A stretch of DNA of 64,000 bases from Bigelowiella natans CCMP2755 (taxonomy: Eukaryota; Protista; Cercozoa). The position numbers and the translations under genes were made by a program. The notes beneath the pieces are model-generated. The model was given only the letters and a program-made list of their open reading frames with translations, did not search any database and was not told the origin of the DNA. Positions 1 to 14,648 of this stretch are shown piece after piece; positions within the stretch are counted from its first letter, which is position 1; each line of letters begins with the position of its first letter. The stretch lies in assembly GCA_000320545.1 (NCBI GenBank), contig ADNK01002523.1, positions 28,127 to 92,126 of the forward strand. The letters are read 5' to 3'.

Positions 1-370
1 TCGTAGCATCGTTACCAGCGTCACCGCCATTGCTATTTTTCTTCGACGTGTTGTTATTGTAGCTTTTGACTTTTGCACGGAACATACGAGCAAAGGGACG
101 GGAGACTGGTGGCGCTGCTGGTGCTTCAGGCGGCGCAGCAGCCTCTTTTTGACCAAATACGCCGAAGGAGGAATGCTCCTTTGCGTAACTCTTAGCTCTA
201 CGCAGGGGAGATGGTTTTGCTTGGGTCTTCTCCTTCTTTTTGTCGTTATTGCTTCTTTGATGATGGTTGGAGTGACGACGAGCGAAGATGATTTCGCCAT
301 CATCACCAGCTTCTGCAACATCCTCAACTGTTACCTTCGGCTCCTCGAGTTTCTTTTCTTTCATCACTCG

Positions 371-405
<35 letters not shown>

Positions 406-1876
406 TTGTTGTGGCAGCTATTGTTGGTGACTTTTTCCGGATTCCATCTTCTTCCTTTGCCCTTCTCCGTTTGTTGTCTTCTTTCGTTGTATTTGAAGCT
501 CCAGAGGCAGCACTAGCATTGCTTGTTGTTTTTTCGTTTCTGCTCTCTTTTCCCCCCTCCGTCGCAAGATGAGTCTTTTGTTGTTTATGAAGTCCGTTGT
601 TGTTCGATTTATGCTTCTTGCTGATAGTCTTTTTCTTATCTACCGTCTTTGAGCTATTTTTGTTGTTACTATTATTGTTAGTATTATTAATATTCTGCTG
701 CCATTTCTTCTTTAAGTCGAGCTCTTGCTTAAGTTTGAGCCAGTGCTCTTTCGCCTGTTTCCGGTCTTTTGGTGCAACAAACTCACTGCGTCGTACTGCT
801 GCTGGGAGGAGTGTTCTTTTCTGATCCCTTCGCATTAAATCTCTACGAGCCTTCTCCTCCATGAAAAACCTTTGCATGGTGTTGGGTGGAGAGGGACAGA
901 GAGAGGGGAGGGCGGGGGGTAAATGAAGAAAATTAAGTTGTTGTGCTCGATTTGCTATTTATGTGCGGCAGTAGCAACCTCCTCTAATTGCTTTAAGACT
1001 TGGAAGATGATTTATCAATAGTCACCATCCTACTCCTCCTGGCCATACCCAATGCTCTTTTACGATTCTCGAGAAAGAATCTGTCGCTCCTCTACTACTA
1101 CTACTTTGGTGAATATCAAGATACCTTTCCACATTGGAGAGAGGCTGTTGTTTATTGCTTGTCGTGCTGTCGCGAGTTGCTGCACCGATCCCACTACCAA
1201 ACGCATAACTTGCTCTTGTATTACATTTACTCTGCTGTGATTTCAAGAATGATTGCTGCTTCTTTCTCTCCTCCGAGCCACTAGTATCTGTGCTTGTTGG
1301 GGGGGCGGACACTTTGACTCTGCCGTCATCACACTGAGGAGGTTCCTTCTCGCCGCTGGACGAAGATGATGCCTGTTGAAATGAGAAGTAGATGATCAAA
1401 AAATATAAAGAAGTACAACAAAAACAAAAACAACAATAACGAATTCGGCCAAATATACGTGAGCCTATTTATCACCATTTATTGGAAACAATATTGCTAC
1501 TGACTCCCAAGAAGCAGAATAGCTTACTACCTCCGTCGATTTTACGCCTCTTTTCATCGATTTCCTCTGTTTCTGCTGCTGCTGCTGGCTTTGAGCAGTA
1601 GCAGCAGCAGTAGCAGCAACACTTGCAGCTGCAGCCTTGTATTGCTTGCTGCTAAATAGAGTTGAAGTCACAGCAGTAGAACATCGTTATTGGCATTAAG
1701 GATACAGAATCTCGGTGAGTCATCAAAAAGTCGTATATATGCTCAAATCGAGAATACCAACTCGGGAACATCGATGGTTATTATAGCTCTGCTACAGAGA
1801 AAAAACCATCGGCTCACTCTCCAGAGTTTTTAAAGTATGTGCGATTGAAATGGTATGTCTATGTGTATGTGTGCTC

Positions 1877-1907
<31 letters not shown>

Positions 1908-3190
1908 CGATACAAAATGAAAGAACAACAACGAATATTTTCTGACTCTCCACTGTTACTACTACTACTACTACTACTAATACTACTACCACTGTTACTA
2001 CTACTACTACTACTACTACTACTACCTCGAAACTAAAAACAACATACAATTTAGTCCTATTATTACACCACTAACCTTCTTCTTCGAATTGGTCGTGATG
2101 GGAGATTCTCTGGCATCTCTGTAGGAGGTCGTGGCCTAAAAAGGAATGTACTACCCCTGCTGCTAGTCTTGGTACCTTCTCTCTCTTCTTTCTTTATTTC
2201 GCGGTTCAGACTCTCGAGCAATTCCCTCTCCATCAAAACGAATTCCTTCATCCTGGTTGCAATATTCCAAAATACGTAACAAAGTTGCAGGTTGGTTATA
2301 TAAGCACATCGCCATGCTCCAGCTCAAACGATTTCAAAAGATAAAATCTAAAATGGCAAACTGCAAACAGTCAAGCAACCTCTCAACAATTTCACACTGT
2401 TCGTTGTCACGAAACGTATGACCACCTGTTGTTCTGCTTCTTCGCAAGGTCAAGAGTCTTAGAATGGATCTTCTCACAAAGACCAAGGGCAACTTGGGAC
2501 TCAGCGCTACATATGGAAACACAATAAATCAATTTGCGTGTGTGTCTGTCTGTGTGTGTGTTTAGGCATTCAACATGAGTTAGGTTTCAATCAATTGATC
2601 GATAATAATGGTACCTCTTCGCCCCGGTTGACATTTCCTTTTTCAGAAATCCCATAATTTCTTTATCTTGGCAGCAGAATAGATCCCTTTGCTCGTCAAG
2701 CTCATGCTGTAAAACACAGACAGACGTACCGGATATGTGATACAACTTCTTTGGAATTGAAGGTTTGTGTGGATTCAATACCTTCATCTTATCGAGTTGA
2801 TCCATTGCTTCCTGAAGTATCCTTACAGTCCTTTTTTTAAAAACGATCTTCAATGCAAAGGTTCATTCACACAAATGTTAGCGAAATAGCATCCGACCTC
2901 TTCGGGGCAGGCCGAGATTGAATCCCCCCAACACGATAATTATAGGTAAAATCAGCACTAGGGGAACGTAATAGCTTGCTTTTCGTATTGTTGGAATTGT
3001 TTTCCTTGTCCGGTCCATCAAATAGTCTGGTAGAGAACCTCCTTCTTCCCCTAGAAGAAGGTTTCCGGGGGGTCTCGTCAAATGAGGAGGAGCGGTTGAT
3101 GGACGACGACTTCTTGGAAAACCGTCGAGTTGCACGTTGAAGTGGTTCTCCCTGATTGTGTACTGGGTTGAATCCGTCCATTCGCGTCAT
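1..3190 (-). CDS. Multi-exon hypothetical protein, basic/low-complexity; 3' end runs off the window start
   Basis: ORF 2867-3190 (MTRMDGFNP...) splices via GT-AG in frame to exons at ~2614-2850, ~2426-2506 (AESQVALGLCEKIHSK) and ~2075-2253 (MKEFVLMERELLESLNREIKK). No family recognised. Confidence 0.5.
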
Positions 3191-3483
3191 TACGATCTTT
3201 GCTCGTCGCCCTCGTATCTGGAAGAACGTACTTCTTAATCCACGATCTGTTATGGGTGGGTGAGGAGTGTTGGTTTGACGGAATATGAGTCAAGCAGGAC
3301 CGAATGCTTGCCGGTTTTACCAATCGACATCCCAGAACACAAGTCTCTCCATGCAATTCCTCGGGGTCTTTGCGTTTTTTGGTAAAATTATGAGTAATCA
3401 AAATATTAGTCATAGACTTTCTACTATCCGGTGTTCTATCCTTGGAAAAAGCGAATAGAGTCTTGACGTTGGTGTAAATCCCC

Positions 3484-3724
3484 ATGAATATATTGGTAAT
3501 TCTCAAAATATGTATTTATTCGAGATCTGAATTAAAAAACCATCTGTCCGTTGACTTTTCTGAGATCGTATTTGTTTTTCGGAGTGCTCATGGGAAACAA
3601 GTTGCGACAACTAAAAGTTCTTGTCGGACCAATGCGAAAAAGGGGGAAAATAGGATAGTTTCTATAATTTGTTTGACTGGATATTTCCAGGTTAAAATTT
3701 GATCTAAAAGAGAACATTCTACAG

Positions 3725-3763
<39 letters not shown>

Positions 3764-5718
3764 TAATACAACACGAGTACGAGTACGCCATCGCTGGCCT
3801 ACTCGTACCTTCCTTCGAGGCCATTGAGTGATGCAGCGTCGAATACCTTCACACCATATGCTTGCTCGCTGGAAAATCTTCGTTCTTACCCTTGTCATCC
3901 TCTGCATCAACCTGGCGACTCTATTCACCAAAAATCAGCGAAGTACTCAAAACGAAAGGCCTCTCGAGGTTGGGCTGATGAGGTACGAGTATTACATATC
4001 GACGACGGAGAGTTGATTGCAGTGTAATTATCATTCTGGTCGAAATCTACCATCTCTTTGGGGTTGAGTATGTTCATGTCAATACCATAAACAATTCAGG
4101 AATTCTTTGAGCAGAAATAGGATAACCATTAGTTACAGGGGGGCAAGTAGTGAGCTTCCAGTTGCTCCCCATCTGAAGGGAAAGAAGCTCTGTCGAACAT
4201 ATAGTAAAATAGACTTGGATGACTTATGGAAGGTATGTCTGTGTCCACGGGTACCTATTCGAAAACGCACCAATTTTCTGAAAACGGTTGCTTTTGTTGC
4301 ATGCTTTTCAGCGAGCACCTCCTGAATGGAAGCAACTGCCAGCTCATGTCAGAGCTGAGCTAGAAAACAATTTACGAGGTCAAATAGTTTGAAATATCAA
4401 ATTAAACCTCGGATTTAGCATCATTAACCTATTTGCTCAGATCCTCAAGGATACAGAGATAGGATTGATATGGTGAATCGTGTTATTCGAAGGCGGTTCA
4501 TTAAGAATGCGACTGCTCTTCGTAAAGGTTGAAGGCACGAAAGTTTCATGAATATTGAAATCTAAATGATGGTATCTTTGGTTAGGAAATCTTCTTATGT
4601 GCCGCATTCGAATGGACAAGAAAAAGGTGGCGATTCTCTCATTTGAAGTATGATTCAAAGCATGGGGTATCTTACCTTATTGTCCTGTTTCAAAAGCGCA
4701 ATGTAGACGACATAGGCCCGTTTGGAAGGGCCGCTATTGTTGATGGAATCGAGACTACTCATCCACAAGTAACATCCAAATAATCCAATATACCATTGAG
4801 CTAAAGCATAGTTAAAATTCGAAATGTTCCTTGTTAGTATTTCACAGAAGCTATGATTCTCCTCGTGCAACACAACGAGCAGGGCTCTATTGGTCTCATT
4901 CTAAATAGGGTACTTTACTTTCGATCTTGTAATTCTACTTATCAATCAACATGCTTTTGATTTAGTTCTCACAATTTAAATTGGGAGAAGTGACGAAGGG
5001 GGAGACGTTGTCTCAATTCTCTCAGTCAAGACTGTTCCTCGGGGGGGACACGGCGAATGGCGCATTGACAGTGCTTCATGATATCGAAAATGTATGATGA
5101 ACGAATACACACACACACACACACGCGCGCGCGCACAAAACTATAATATTATTTACAAAGACAAATCACAGATTCCGGGAGCTGTAGAAATTAGACCCGG
5201 CATAAATCTTGGGTACGACGAACAGCAATAAATTTAATTTATACTGTTACCGAAATTCTGAAAATGTGTGTACACAGCGGTGATGCTGAAGGGATTCAGC
5301 AGGCAGTTCTGCAGCAGCGTGCAAATGTGTCGGATTTCAAGTGGATAATGAACCAATGTGGATGGCCTTCAGGACAAGTAATACTAACAAATCGAAATGG
5401 AGGCGTCATCTTTAGTCTCAATTCATGTGTTCTTTTCCAAAGCTTGAGAAGGAAATTGAGGAAGGCGTTTGGTACAATCTGGATGCGTCAAATGACGTGA
5501 TAATGTGCCGAGGAAATTTTTCAGATGTGAAGCCTATCGCCACTGGTCCTTTCGATCATCACGAAAAGCTTTGGAATAAGGTATAAATTAATGTTTGCTC
5601 TTGTTTATTCCACGTATGACATGTTTCATTATAGATTGAAGTGGAGCTCTTAGTCGAGCTTCAGCGACGAAAGCAGCAAAACTCTTCATCCAGTCCCAAT
5701 TCTACGTCTCCATTTTAA
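3484..5718 (+). CDS. DUF179 / UPF0301 (AlgH/YqgE-like) domain protein, ~11 introns; 5' end uncertain
   Basis: Spliced exons read YFTEAMILLVQHNEQGSIGLILNR, RLFLGGD...LTVLHDI, IPGAVEIRPGINLG, FKWIMNQCGWPSGQ|LEKEIEEGVW, the DUF179 motif order. Stop TAA 5716-5718. Confidence 0.75.
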
Positions 5719-6477
5719 ATGCTTATTATGCAAAGATAGCAACTGAATAGTCAGAACGTTGGCACGCTTCAGAACGTTATATCATCAATGAACCTAGATT
5801 ATTGAATTTGAAATAAAATCGGACATCGAACCTAACAAGCTAAGAATGTATCTCTACATCTCAGATCTAGACTTCCCCCTAATATTTCATGATGGTTCAA
5901 AAAACAAGTCATCCATGGTGACCTGACCTAGCATCGCAACATCTGATGTACCTAGATGCGCGTACATTGGTATACAATGGCATGCTAGCATGCTAGCATG
6001 GTTAATAATGACAGTACGCTTTGCGCAAGAAGCGATGCACTAAGTAGCTCAGCCTTGACAAACAAGACAAACTGCTACTGTCATTGCAGTATTTTTTTGC
6101 CGTATGTAGCCCCTCTAGTACCTCGCTACACATTCATTTGACTACATGTGGCATCGAATTTACAACTTCATTTCAATCTCCATGCCCGTACGGTACTAGG
6201 ATACCCCTGTCTAACTGTACATCGCGAGTACGTGTACGGTCTCTAGTCATCATTCGATCGATGTTTCATTTCACAATGTTCTAGTATTGTAGAACACCAC
6301 GTGTGCATCGGTGAACGTCAGATGCAACAAATCACGCCAAACGTTATGAAAATGGTGATCATTACGGGCAGGGTAAATGACATGAGTACATGCTCGAGCG
6401 CCGCAATAAACACACTATGCCACATAAATTCACAGAGTTGAGAAGAACATTGAAAGTTTTTCATTAGACCGTTACTT

Positions 6478-8576
6478 TCATACTGGAAGATTCATTCGTT
6501 GAGTACAAGGTAGAGTGCTTTCTACCATAACAGGAACAGACATTTCTATCGATGTTGCGACGACCAAACTTGCCATGGCCTCGACTAACATCTTTTGCTG
6601 ATAATCTACACAAATTAAGAAAACAATTTTTTTTTTTTCATATTTCAGACGGTAACTCACTCACTAATACCTTGCATTCGAAAACAACAAAACTTTGTCG
6701 ATTTTTTTTCCAAAACCTAAAATTTTAGTCCTATGTGATAAGATAGTCGAATTGAGTGGTAATTGCGATACCACCATGAGATCATTATGTTCCGCAATTC
6801 CTCCAAAGAATGAGGGTATTTTTCCGTCTGGAATTAGTTTCTAATGCAGAGTTGCGTCAATAATTCAGCAGATATATTTTACCAACATTGTTAGTATTAA
6901 GAATAAGAACACCAGGAGCGCCTGTTTTGGGTCTTCAGAAAGTAATTTAATTTTGTTTTGAACATTCCGTGGTAGCAATGGCTTCACCATTGAATATCTA
7001 TTAATTCAATTGTTCAGCTATTGATAAAAAATTGAAAAATGATAAAATCAATACAGGTTTCTCAATATCATTGATGTTGGTCCAACTAGGATCAGCTGAT
7101 GGAGGCATACAAGTTAGATTCCGAAGGAAAAATAATATTATGCTTACCGCAATTCGATCAGGATACAGTTCCAAAAACACCTAATAACATATCATATTCT
7201 TGCACAATATTCTAATGTAGATTATAGTTTTACTTTCATAAGCACCCTCATGAAACTGAATTGCATCAACTGACGCATGGACATATCCTGAGCATCTACA
7301 AGAAGTAAAAACAACCATATCGAAGTATTCATGCAATTCTTCTATTGTTTGAATTGAATTTACCTGCAACTAATACAAATTGTGAGACTCCTGGTGGCAA
7401 GATACGAAGTCCCTGTGTAGTTAGATATGTATTTCTGTGCACTAATTTGACTGTCCTATATTCCACGTTTCAGATTGAAAGGTATTTAGGTGTCACAAAT
7501 GGTGCGAAACGAAAAAGAGAAGGTTCAAAGGTACCCATTCTAGCATCCATATATGTGCTCTGGTCTCTGCATCAAGATCTATTTTCCACCACTGCAAGGA
7601 CGAGTATCTTGAGCGTTGATTAGATTTCTCAATCACTTAGAATTATTACATTTTTCCTGCTATTCCGGACCCACAAGATAGGACGGCCATATATGTCAAA
7701 ATCACGCCTTACAGGAATTAGATTCATCACCCAAGTAGGAAAATAGTGCGGTAAAGCTACCAATATAAGGCTCCACTCCGATAAATATCATGAACATCCT
7801 TGGGAATCTTTTTGTTTCCAGAATCTAGATGTTTATTGGAAAACGTTCTCGGCAATGTCATTCACTGCGATTTAAGACTGACCTGCATGGCTCGGAAACA
7901 CTTCTTCTACCTTGTATTTCTCCCGAACTTTACAAACCTTAAGAAACCCAAATAATATTCTATGGCTAGTTTTAAGGCACTTCCTTGATCCTGCTATGGT
8001 TTTTCATATAAAATTTCGATCTTCCACTGGAAATCATTGAGGATGTCAAAGCAAATCGAACGTGTTCGATGCGTGATACTATAAACAAAAGTTTGGACAA
8101 TGTAGCTTAAAAATGAAATTACCTCGCACAGTTTCTTTAGAGTATATTCAAAGCTACGCATGACCTTCTCATCGTCTTTGCTAACACACCGTCCATACTT
8201 ATATTGACATTCAAATTTGTGCATTTCATACGCTTATGTCAACCATGCTCTTGTCATGACTATTCGAAGATATTCTGATGTCCAGGTTGTGTCTAGCAAT
8301 TTCTTTGATCCTGGATAGAGTTTCAGAAGTTACGAAAGAAATTGTGAGTAGTTTTAGTCAGTCCGTTCACTGGAGTACGTGGGAATGTTTGCGGTAATGC
8401 GGTAATCCCACCTCCTCCCTCAGTCGATTGATTTCTTTCTTCTCTGGGTAGCCTTTTGTGTACCCGAATGGAGGCGACAGCGAGATCTCCTTGTTCCTGT
8501 CCACCCCATCATAAATTACTTTTTGCATTTTGTGGTTCACCAGCGCATCAAAGTTCCGACGCCAGCTGCCATCCAT
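6478..8576 (-). CDS. CRAL-TRIO (Sec14-like) lipid-binding protein, many small exons; ends approximate
   Basis: Minus-strand exon fragments DIYGRPILWVRNS, LRILPPGVSQF, FLELYPDRI, SMVKPLLPRNVQNKIKLL and KLIPDGKIPSFFGG match CRAL-TRIO motifs in the right order. Confidence 0.65.
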
Positions 8577-8814
8577 GTTGAAATGGATGGCATTATTTAT
8601 GTGCGACAATTGCTCTATAAATACATTTTGCCGAGGTACCGATGTATGGTTAACAGCGCTTACAAAATGTTTTATACTTTCCTTTTCTCACTGCGACATC
8701 GGCTAACCAGTGTGTTTTATTTATTTGCAAAAAAAATAAAATCTCGCATTTCCTACAGATTCTTTTCACCAACAAACCAGCTCCCCTAGCAATTTCAATC
8801 GCTTTGTTGTCATC
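8577..8814. promoter_or_regulatory. Putative ~240 bp bidirectional promoter/5'UTR interval between CRAL-TRIO and AP-2 mu
   Basis: Head-to-head inferred start codons at 8576(-) and 8815(+); AT-rich interval. Inferred from geometry only. Confidence 0.45.
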
Positions 8815-11540
8815 ATGGTACGAACTGAAAACCTCTTTTCATTTGTTGGTATGTCATACATGAACGAAATGATTTGATAAATGTTGTATCATCATTGTCT
8901 TCACGAAAAAAGTAATATGTGGTTGGTGCTTCCGATGATTGCCATTTGCATTTGTTAATTAATCAATGAATTCATAACAACCCTCCATCCATTTTGTGCA
9001 CCTTTGAAGATCGACTCAATCTTCATGGTAAGTTCAACAAATATTGATGCAATAGCCTACAAATACACGTTTCATTAATAACAAGGAAATGTTGATGAAA
9101 TTATTGAAACATAGGCTAACGAACGTGGGGATAGAATCGTTGAACGCTATTATCGAGGAGTGAGCAATAAACAGAGCATTCGGGCGTTTAGGTCACTGTT
9201 TGGCAGTAAATGTAATGAAATGGTCACATTTGATAGATGAACTTGAAATATGAAGGCATCAATTTATTGCAACCAAGAAGCTGACGAAGCCAGTTATTCG
9301 AATAGATGATACAACATTCTTCCACATTAAAGTGGTATGTAAAAACTTTTTAATTCTCTGCTTTTATCTAATAGCATGTGTATTTCAGGATGATGTCCAT
9401 CTAGGAGCTAGCTCCAAAGAAAATTGTAATCCTGCACTCGTCTTCGAATTTCTCTATGCTATAGCAGGCTTGTTCAGGGAATACTTTACTAAGATTAACC
9501 CTTCAAACGTTCGCGACAATTTTGTTCTTGTGTACGAACTGTTAGATGAGTGCATGGACAACGGTAATGGCACTTCCACATGCAATTGCTAATTGAAATA
9601 TGCTAGAATGTGGCACCTAGGTTATCCTCAAATTACAGCTGTGGAGATCCTGAAGAGTTTTATAAGACTTGCTGGCGAGTCACGGTCCATTCTATAATCT
9701 TTGGATCAAGGATTCATTTCAATCATTTTAAAATTTCGCTAACATCAGAGCACTCACCAGACAAGAGGCAAAAATTAAGAAGGCTTTGACAAAAACAATT
9801 ACTGGTGTTAATGAATGGCGCCCGAACAAAGATCTCGTTTATGAGAAAAACGAGGTCCATGAAAATCTAAGCTTCATACTCGCTTTGCGTTTGACATCTT
9901 AAGCATAATTAAAAAGTTGACTCCTACATTTCAGGTATTCATTGACGCATTGGAGAGTGTGAATGTTTTACAATCAACTAAAGGTAATAATAGTGGTACG
10001 TGATGGCAGAAACATATTTCAGAATAAAAATTAATTCTACTAAAAAAATACAGGAAACATTTTGAGGGCGGATGTTACAGGACAGGTATATATAAAAATA
10101 ACACTGAACAAAATGTGACATAGTATTGTCAGGTAATCATGAAAACAAAGCTTTCTGGAACACCGACATGCAAATTTGGAATGAACGACAAGGTTCTCTA
10201 CAGTAGTTAGTATTAATCCCTATGTGGTCAGTTAGGAATAGCAATCCAATATCCAATTGTAATGTTGAATATCTCTAGGTCCGTCTTAGAAAAGAGGCAT
10301 CGGAAGGGAAGCTGCGTCGAGCGGTGTTGATACTGCATTTGTCTACCTAATAATAATCTAATTGGGACATGGATGTAGGTAAAAGTGGTATCCCTGGACG
10401 ATGTTACATTGTAAGTAAGCTGTGACTGTGTGAAAATATCCAGTGTTAATATGATCTGTTAGATACTAAACAAGAAGCACTTTTTATTTTTTTAGTCATC
10501 GATGTGTTCGACTTTCCAAATTCGATCAAGATCGTACAATTACTTTTGTGCCTCCAGGTAGAAGTTGTTAACATGTGTAAGATTTGCAGTTAATTCCCTC
10601 ATAAAGTTGGTGTAACACATCTACCAGATGGAGAATTCGAACTCATGAAATATAGAGTCACCAGCGAGGTAATGCTGTGCCGCTTTTTTTTTACTGAAAA
10701 TAATAGTTTCCTTTTGTAGGTCCTCCTTCCATTCCGTGTAATCGCGATTGTGAATGAGAAAGGCCGTAATCGTGTTGAATACGACGTAAAGATTAAACCA
10801 AAATTCAAGGAACAGGTACCAAACACATGTATTCTACTGAATTTATTTTGATAGAAATCAATTGGGTTATCGGTACATAGCTCGTGGCAAATGATGTAGT
10901 GGTTAAGATTCCAGTACCACCGAACGCCACTGCAAAACAAAAGCATATTAAGGTTAAGATGAGTAGCATATCTATCATTAACTCTTGGCAGCCTAAACAC
11001 AAAACTCTACGTGATTTGTAGGTGAGATCGGGCAAAGCAAAGTATTATCCAACTCACAATGCAATTGTGTGGAAGTTCCGGCGGTTTCTGGGGTCAGCAA
11101 AAAATGGGTATAATGCTGTCCACTACGCAGACCTCCTGTTTACAGTACTTCATATGAGGTTTCTAAATAGATATCGTCTTCAAGCTGAAGTCCATCGACT
11201 TCATAGTGTAAAAGAAACTCCATGGGTTCGCCCGCCAATCACTCTCCAATTCACTGTAAGTCCACGAGCGGCGATCATATCTTTTCCCTGATGGCAACTG
11301 TCCCCCTAGGTTCCTATGTTTACCTCTTCTGGATTTCATGTCCGATTCCTTAAAGTTATCGAAAACACTGGGTAAGATTTTTCCCTAAATGAAGAATTGC
11401 AGATTACGTACGATCACATGGAAATCTCAAAACTACTAACTGAGGATACATGATTTATGAAAAATTACATTGACAGGTACTCAACTGTAAAATGGGTCCG
11501 TTACATTACAAGAGCTGGGCAGTATCAAATTAGAATCTAG
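8815..11540 (+). CDS. AP2M1: AP-2 adaptor complex medium (mu2) subunit, ~16 short introns
   Basis: Exons give M|[97 protein letters not shown], and C-terminus VKWVRYITRAGQYQIRI* (TAG 11538-11540). Confidence 0.92.
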
Positions 11541-12156
11541 ACACTCTAGATCATTTCAGTTACATTATCCAATCAATTTGCACAATGTCAAAGTGCCACA
11601 GGTACTAGGGAGATAAGCATGTGTCACAGCATCGATGCATTTGCACAGGTGTTTTGAATGCAGAAGGCAGTGATAGAAGCAATTTATATCATACGAATGT
11701 TTGGTTCTTGCTTTTTGCTTGCTATAATCGTTAATTTCGCCATTAAGTACATCTAAACATGTGTATGTATGCCGTGCATTCTCGTGCACAAACAAATTGA
11801 TATCATGCACACCTGCACGCACGTTGCGTTTGTCCAGCGTGTTGGGCCTCTGATCTAACAGTGCATGTGGCCGCAATGTACAGCGCTGAGTGTAGCTAGG
11901 TAGCACACATCAACACAACCACACATCATTCATTTACAAGCCACAATCTTCATGTGGAGCACTAGGGCGATGCATCTGTTGCTCGACAATTATGTAGCGG
12001 GATGCTAATAGGGTCCTCTAGTCCTAGCTAGCTAGACGTGTGTACGCAGGCAAAGACTACTAGACTAGAAAGATCAGCATCTCTACAGCATTTTGTTCTA
12101 TGTGCATCATCTGAAGCGTTAACATTCGTCTAGTCATTGCATTTTATGTGCTTCGG

Positions 12157-13327
12157 TTACGCATTTAAAAAGTCAAATGCACTCTTGCTCTCCTGCGAAT
12201 CATTCAACGCATCCGGCTCCTTTTTTGCTTTTACGAACGTCGTCGTGTCACATCTAGAGTCAGCTGTTTCAACCGGAAATACAGTATTCAAGAAATCGAA
12301 CGCACTTTTTGGAGACTTAGGTTCCTCAGACGTAGATTTTGAGTCTGCCTGGACATCATCCTCTTTTAAAGAGTGTGCAGAAAGATACTTCTCTCTAAAC
12401 GAAATTGACTGCGAAATAATCCTGAGTATAATTTATCATACATGCCCAAACTCAATAAAGTAGAGCGGAGCATCTTGCTGGTTTGTGTTTGGTGAATAGC
12501 AATCAATGTCACTTTTGAATATCTGGGACAGTCGGGAAATGGAGAATGCTCCTCAATGCCTTAAGCAGTCCTGCTCGGTAGATTTAGGAGAAGACATATG
12601 AAAATGAACGCATAATTGACACGGAAATGAAGACAGATCACAACCCATTCATTATGGCAAAAGTATTAAGAAGAACATTTAAATCAGTTGTTGCAAAATA
12701 GAGTATGAGGGAGCGTTGATACTTACCCTCCTCGTGTGCAGTGTCAACGACATTCAGGAGCTCAAATCTCACGTGTCGGATCAGTGTCAAACACAAGTAT
12801 TCAACCAGACCTTGTCCGACCCTGCAGACCACACAACCAACCATCTTGAGTTGGTGAGTAATGTGAATAGATGAGAATCTGTGATCCATGAAATTGTTAT
12901 CATTCAGTAAAAGAGGAAAGCTAATGGGGAGTTCAACTACTAATACTTTTGGGTGATGTTGCCATCTTGGACTAATTTATCCCACACTTGCAATACCTGC
13001 CGAATCTATTCGAGGGTAAGTTTATGAAAAGAAGAAACAGTTTCGTGTCTTAAAATGGTACCACTGCATAACACTGTGGTTTAGCACTTGCGACTACGCA
13101 CGTAATCATGTAAGTGTAGTTAGATGGCTGTGGCACCTCAAATTCCCTGGAGAACAATAATCTAACCCATTTCAGCATATAAAGTTCTGCAAAGAGCACA
13201 ATTCTAAGCTGCCTTCCATGATAATGTTTCCAGGCTCATTCATACACACACGCAAATATATAGCGTATATATTATATTATATTATATATATATATATATA
13301 TATAATAATATATATATATGTGTGTCG

Positions 13328-13361
<34 letters not shown>

Positions 13362-14470
13362 TGGAGAGGTGGGGGGGGGGGAGGAAGGGATCATAATTGG
13401 AAGAGACAGAATTAAATACCTGGTTGGGCTCCGCACTTTTCCAACACGGCCTGAGACGGAAGATAATGAAGGATGAAGTAGCAAGATTCTCGGAAAAGTT
13501 GCCATTAATTCAGCACAAAATAGAATTTCGAATGATCCTTCCCATTGATATACGGTCTATAGGGAGTGAGCAACGTGTTACTCGGAGACAACAAATACTT
13601 CTTTTACTTCGGAAAAAAGTCCGATGATATCTTACATGGAGGTCTGGGTCAAACTCTTTCAGCAACTTCGACTGCACGAACCGCACCATTTCGATAAGCA
13701 CCTCCACCCTCTCCATTACACAGTAGCCGCCGTCGCAGCAGACAGAAAAGGTAAGAGTAAGATCATCATCAGCAGTGCTTGTAGGAGCAGCAGCAAAAGG
13801 AGTCGGAGAAACAAGTTCCCAAAGGCGGGAATGCAGTTTAGCATTTAGGTCACAACGAGCATGTGAAAGGCGCTCCTCTCTTCATCACACAGTGATTACA
13901 ATCATTTCAACGCGATACCGGAGTCTGCTCACGACTGTGCATTGATTTCTTGGAAGGGGAGAAGAACTCGGGTACCCTTTCAGCATTAGCAAAGCATATC
14001 GAGAGATCGAATACAGAATAAGTGATGCTTCACTTGCAGATAATTACCTAGAGAACAGTCGGAAAATACTCGTAGTTCGGAATTACAAACTAGTATGAGA
14101 TGTGTGGCACAATTCAGAGATTATGATGTGTGGATGATGCAAGCGCGAATCACCTCGCCATAATAGCGGAGAAGATAAAATACGCATCTGTGGATAGAAA
14201 CTCGGGTCGCACTCGCTCATACAGCGCATTAGCGTAGCTAGGATGCTTTCGATTCCTTTGTCGAAGTGCTTTTACGACTGCGTAATCGCCCAATATTGCC
14301 ATCATAATGGTCGCTAGTATGTCATTCATACCCTGGCAACACAAAGGATTTTCGCGTGGAAAGAATAGCCGAACACGATTCAACTAAAGGCTCTCGAATA
14401 TCGCTACTGCGTACTCTAATGCTGCTTCTGGAAGTTTATTTTTAAGATTGAATTGGCTGGTGGGTGAGGA

Positions 14471-14511
<41 letters not shown>

Positions 14512-14585
14512 CACCTGCGTGTATTCTGTGTTATGCTGTAGACACCATATCGTCAAGATATCCATCAAGTATCTGTGCAGTACAC

Positions 14586-14648
<63 letters not shown>

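Noticed and set aside
149-2049. Short ORFs with poly-L/V/D/Y or CVCV/HTHT runs, here and throughout the window
   Set aside because: They are translations of microsatellites or antisense frames of real exons.
6478-8576. Alternative genetic code or pseudogene suggested by frequent stops
   Set aside because: The stops fall in short introns, and XPO1 and eIF3b read through long exons in the standard code.
9674-9750. Possible GC-AG intron in AP2M1 (G|GCGAGT)
   Set aside because: A GT donor a few bases downstream (cg|gtccat) keeps the frame; the GC donor does not with the acceptors I tested.
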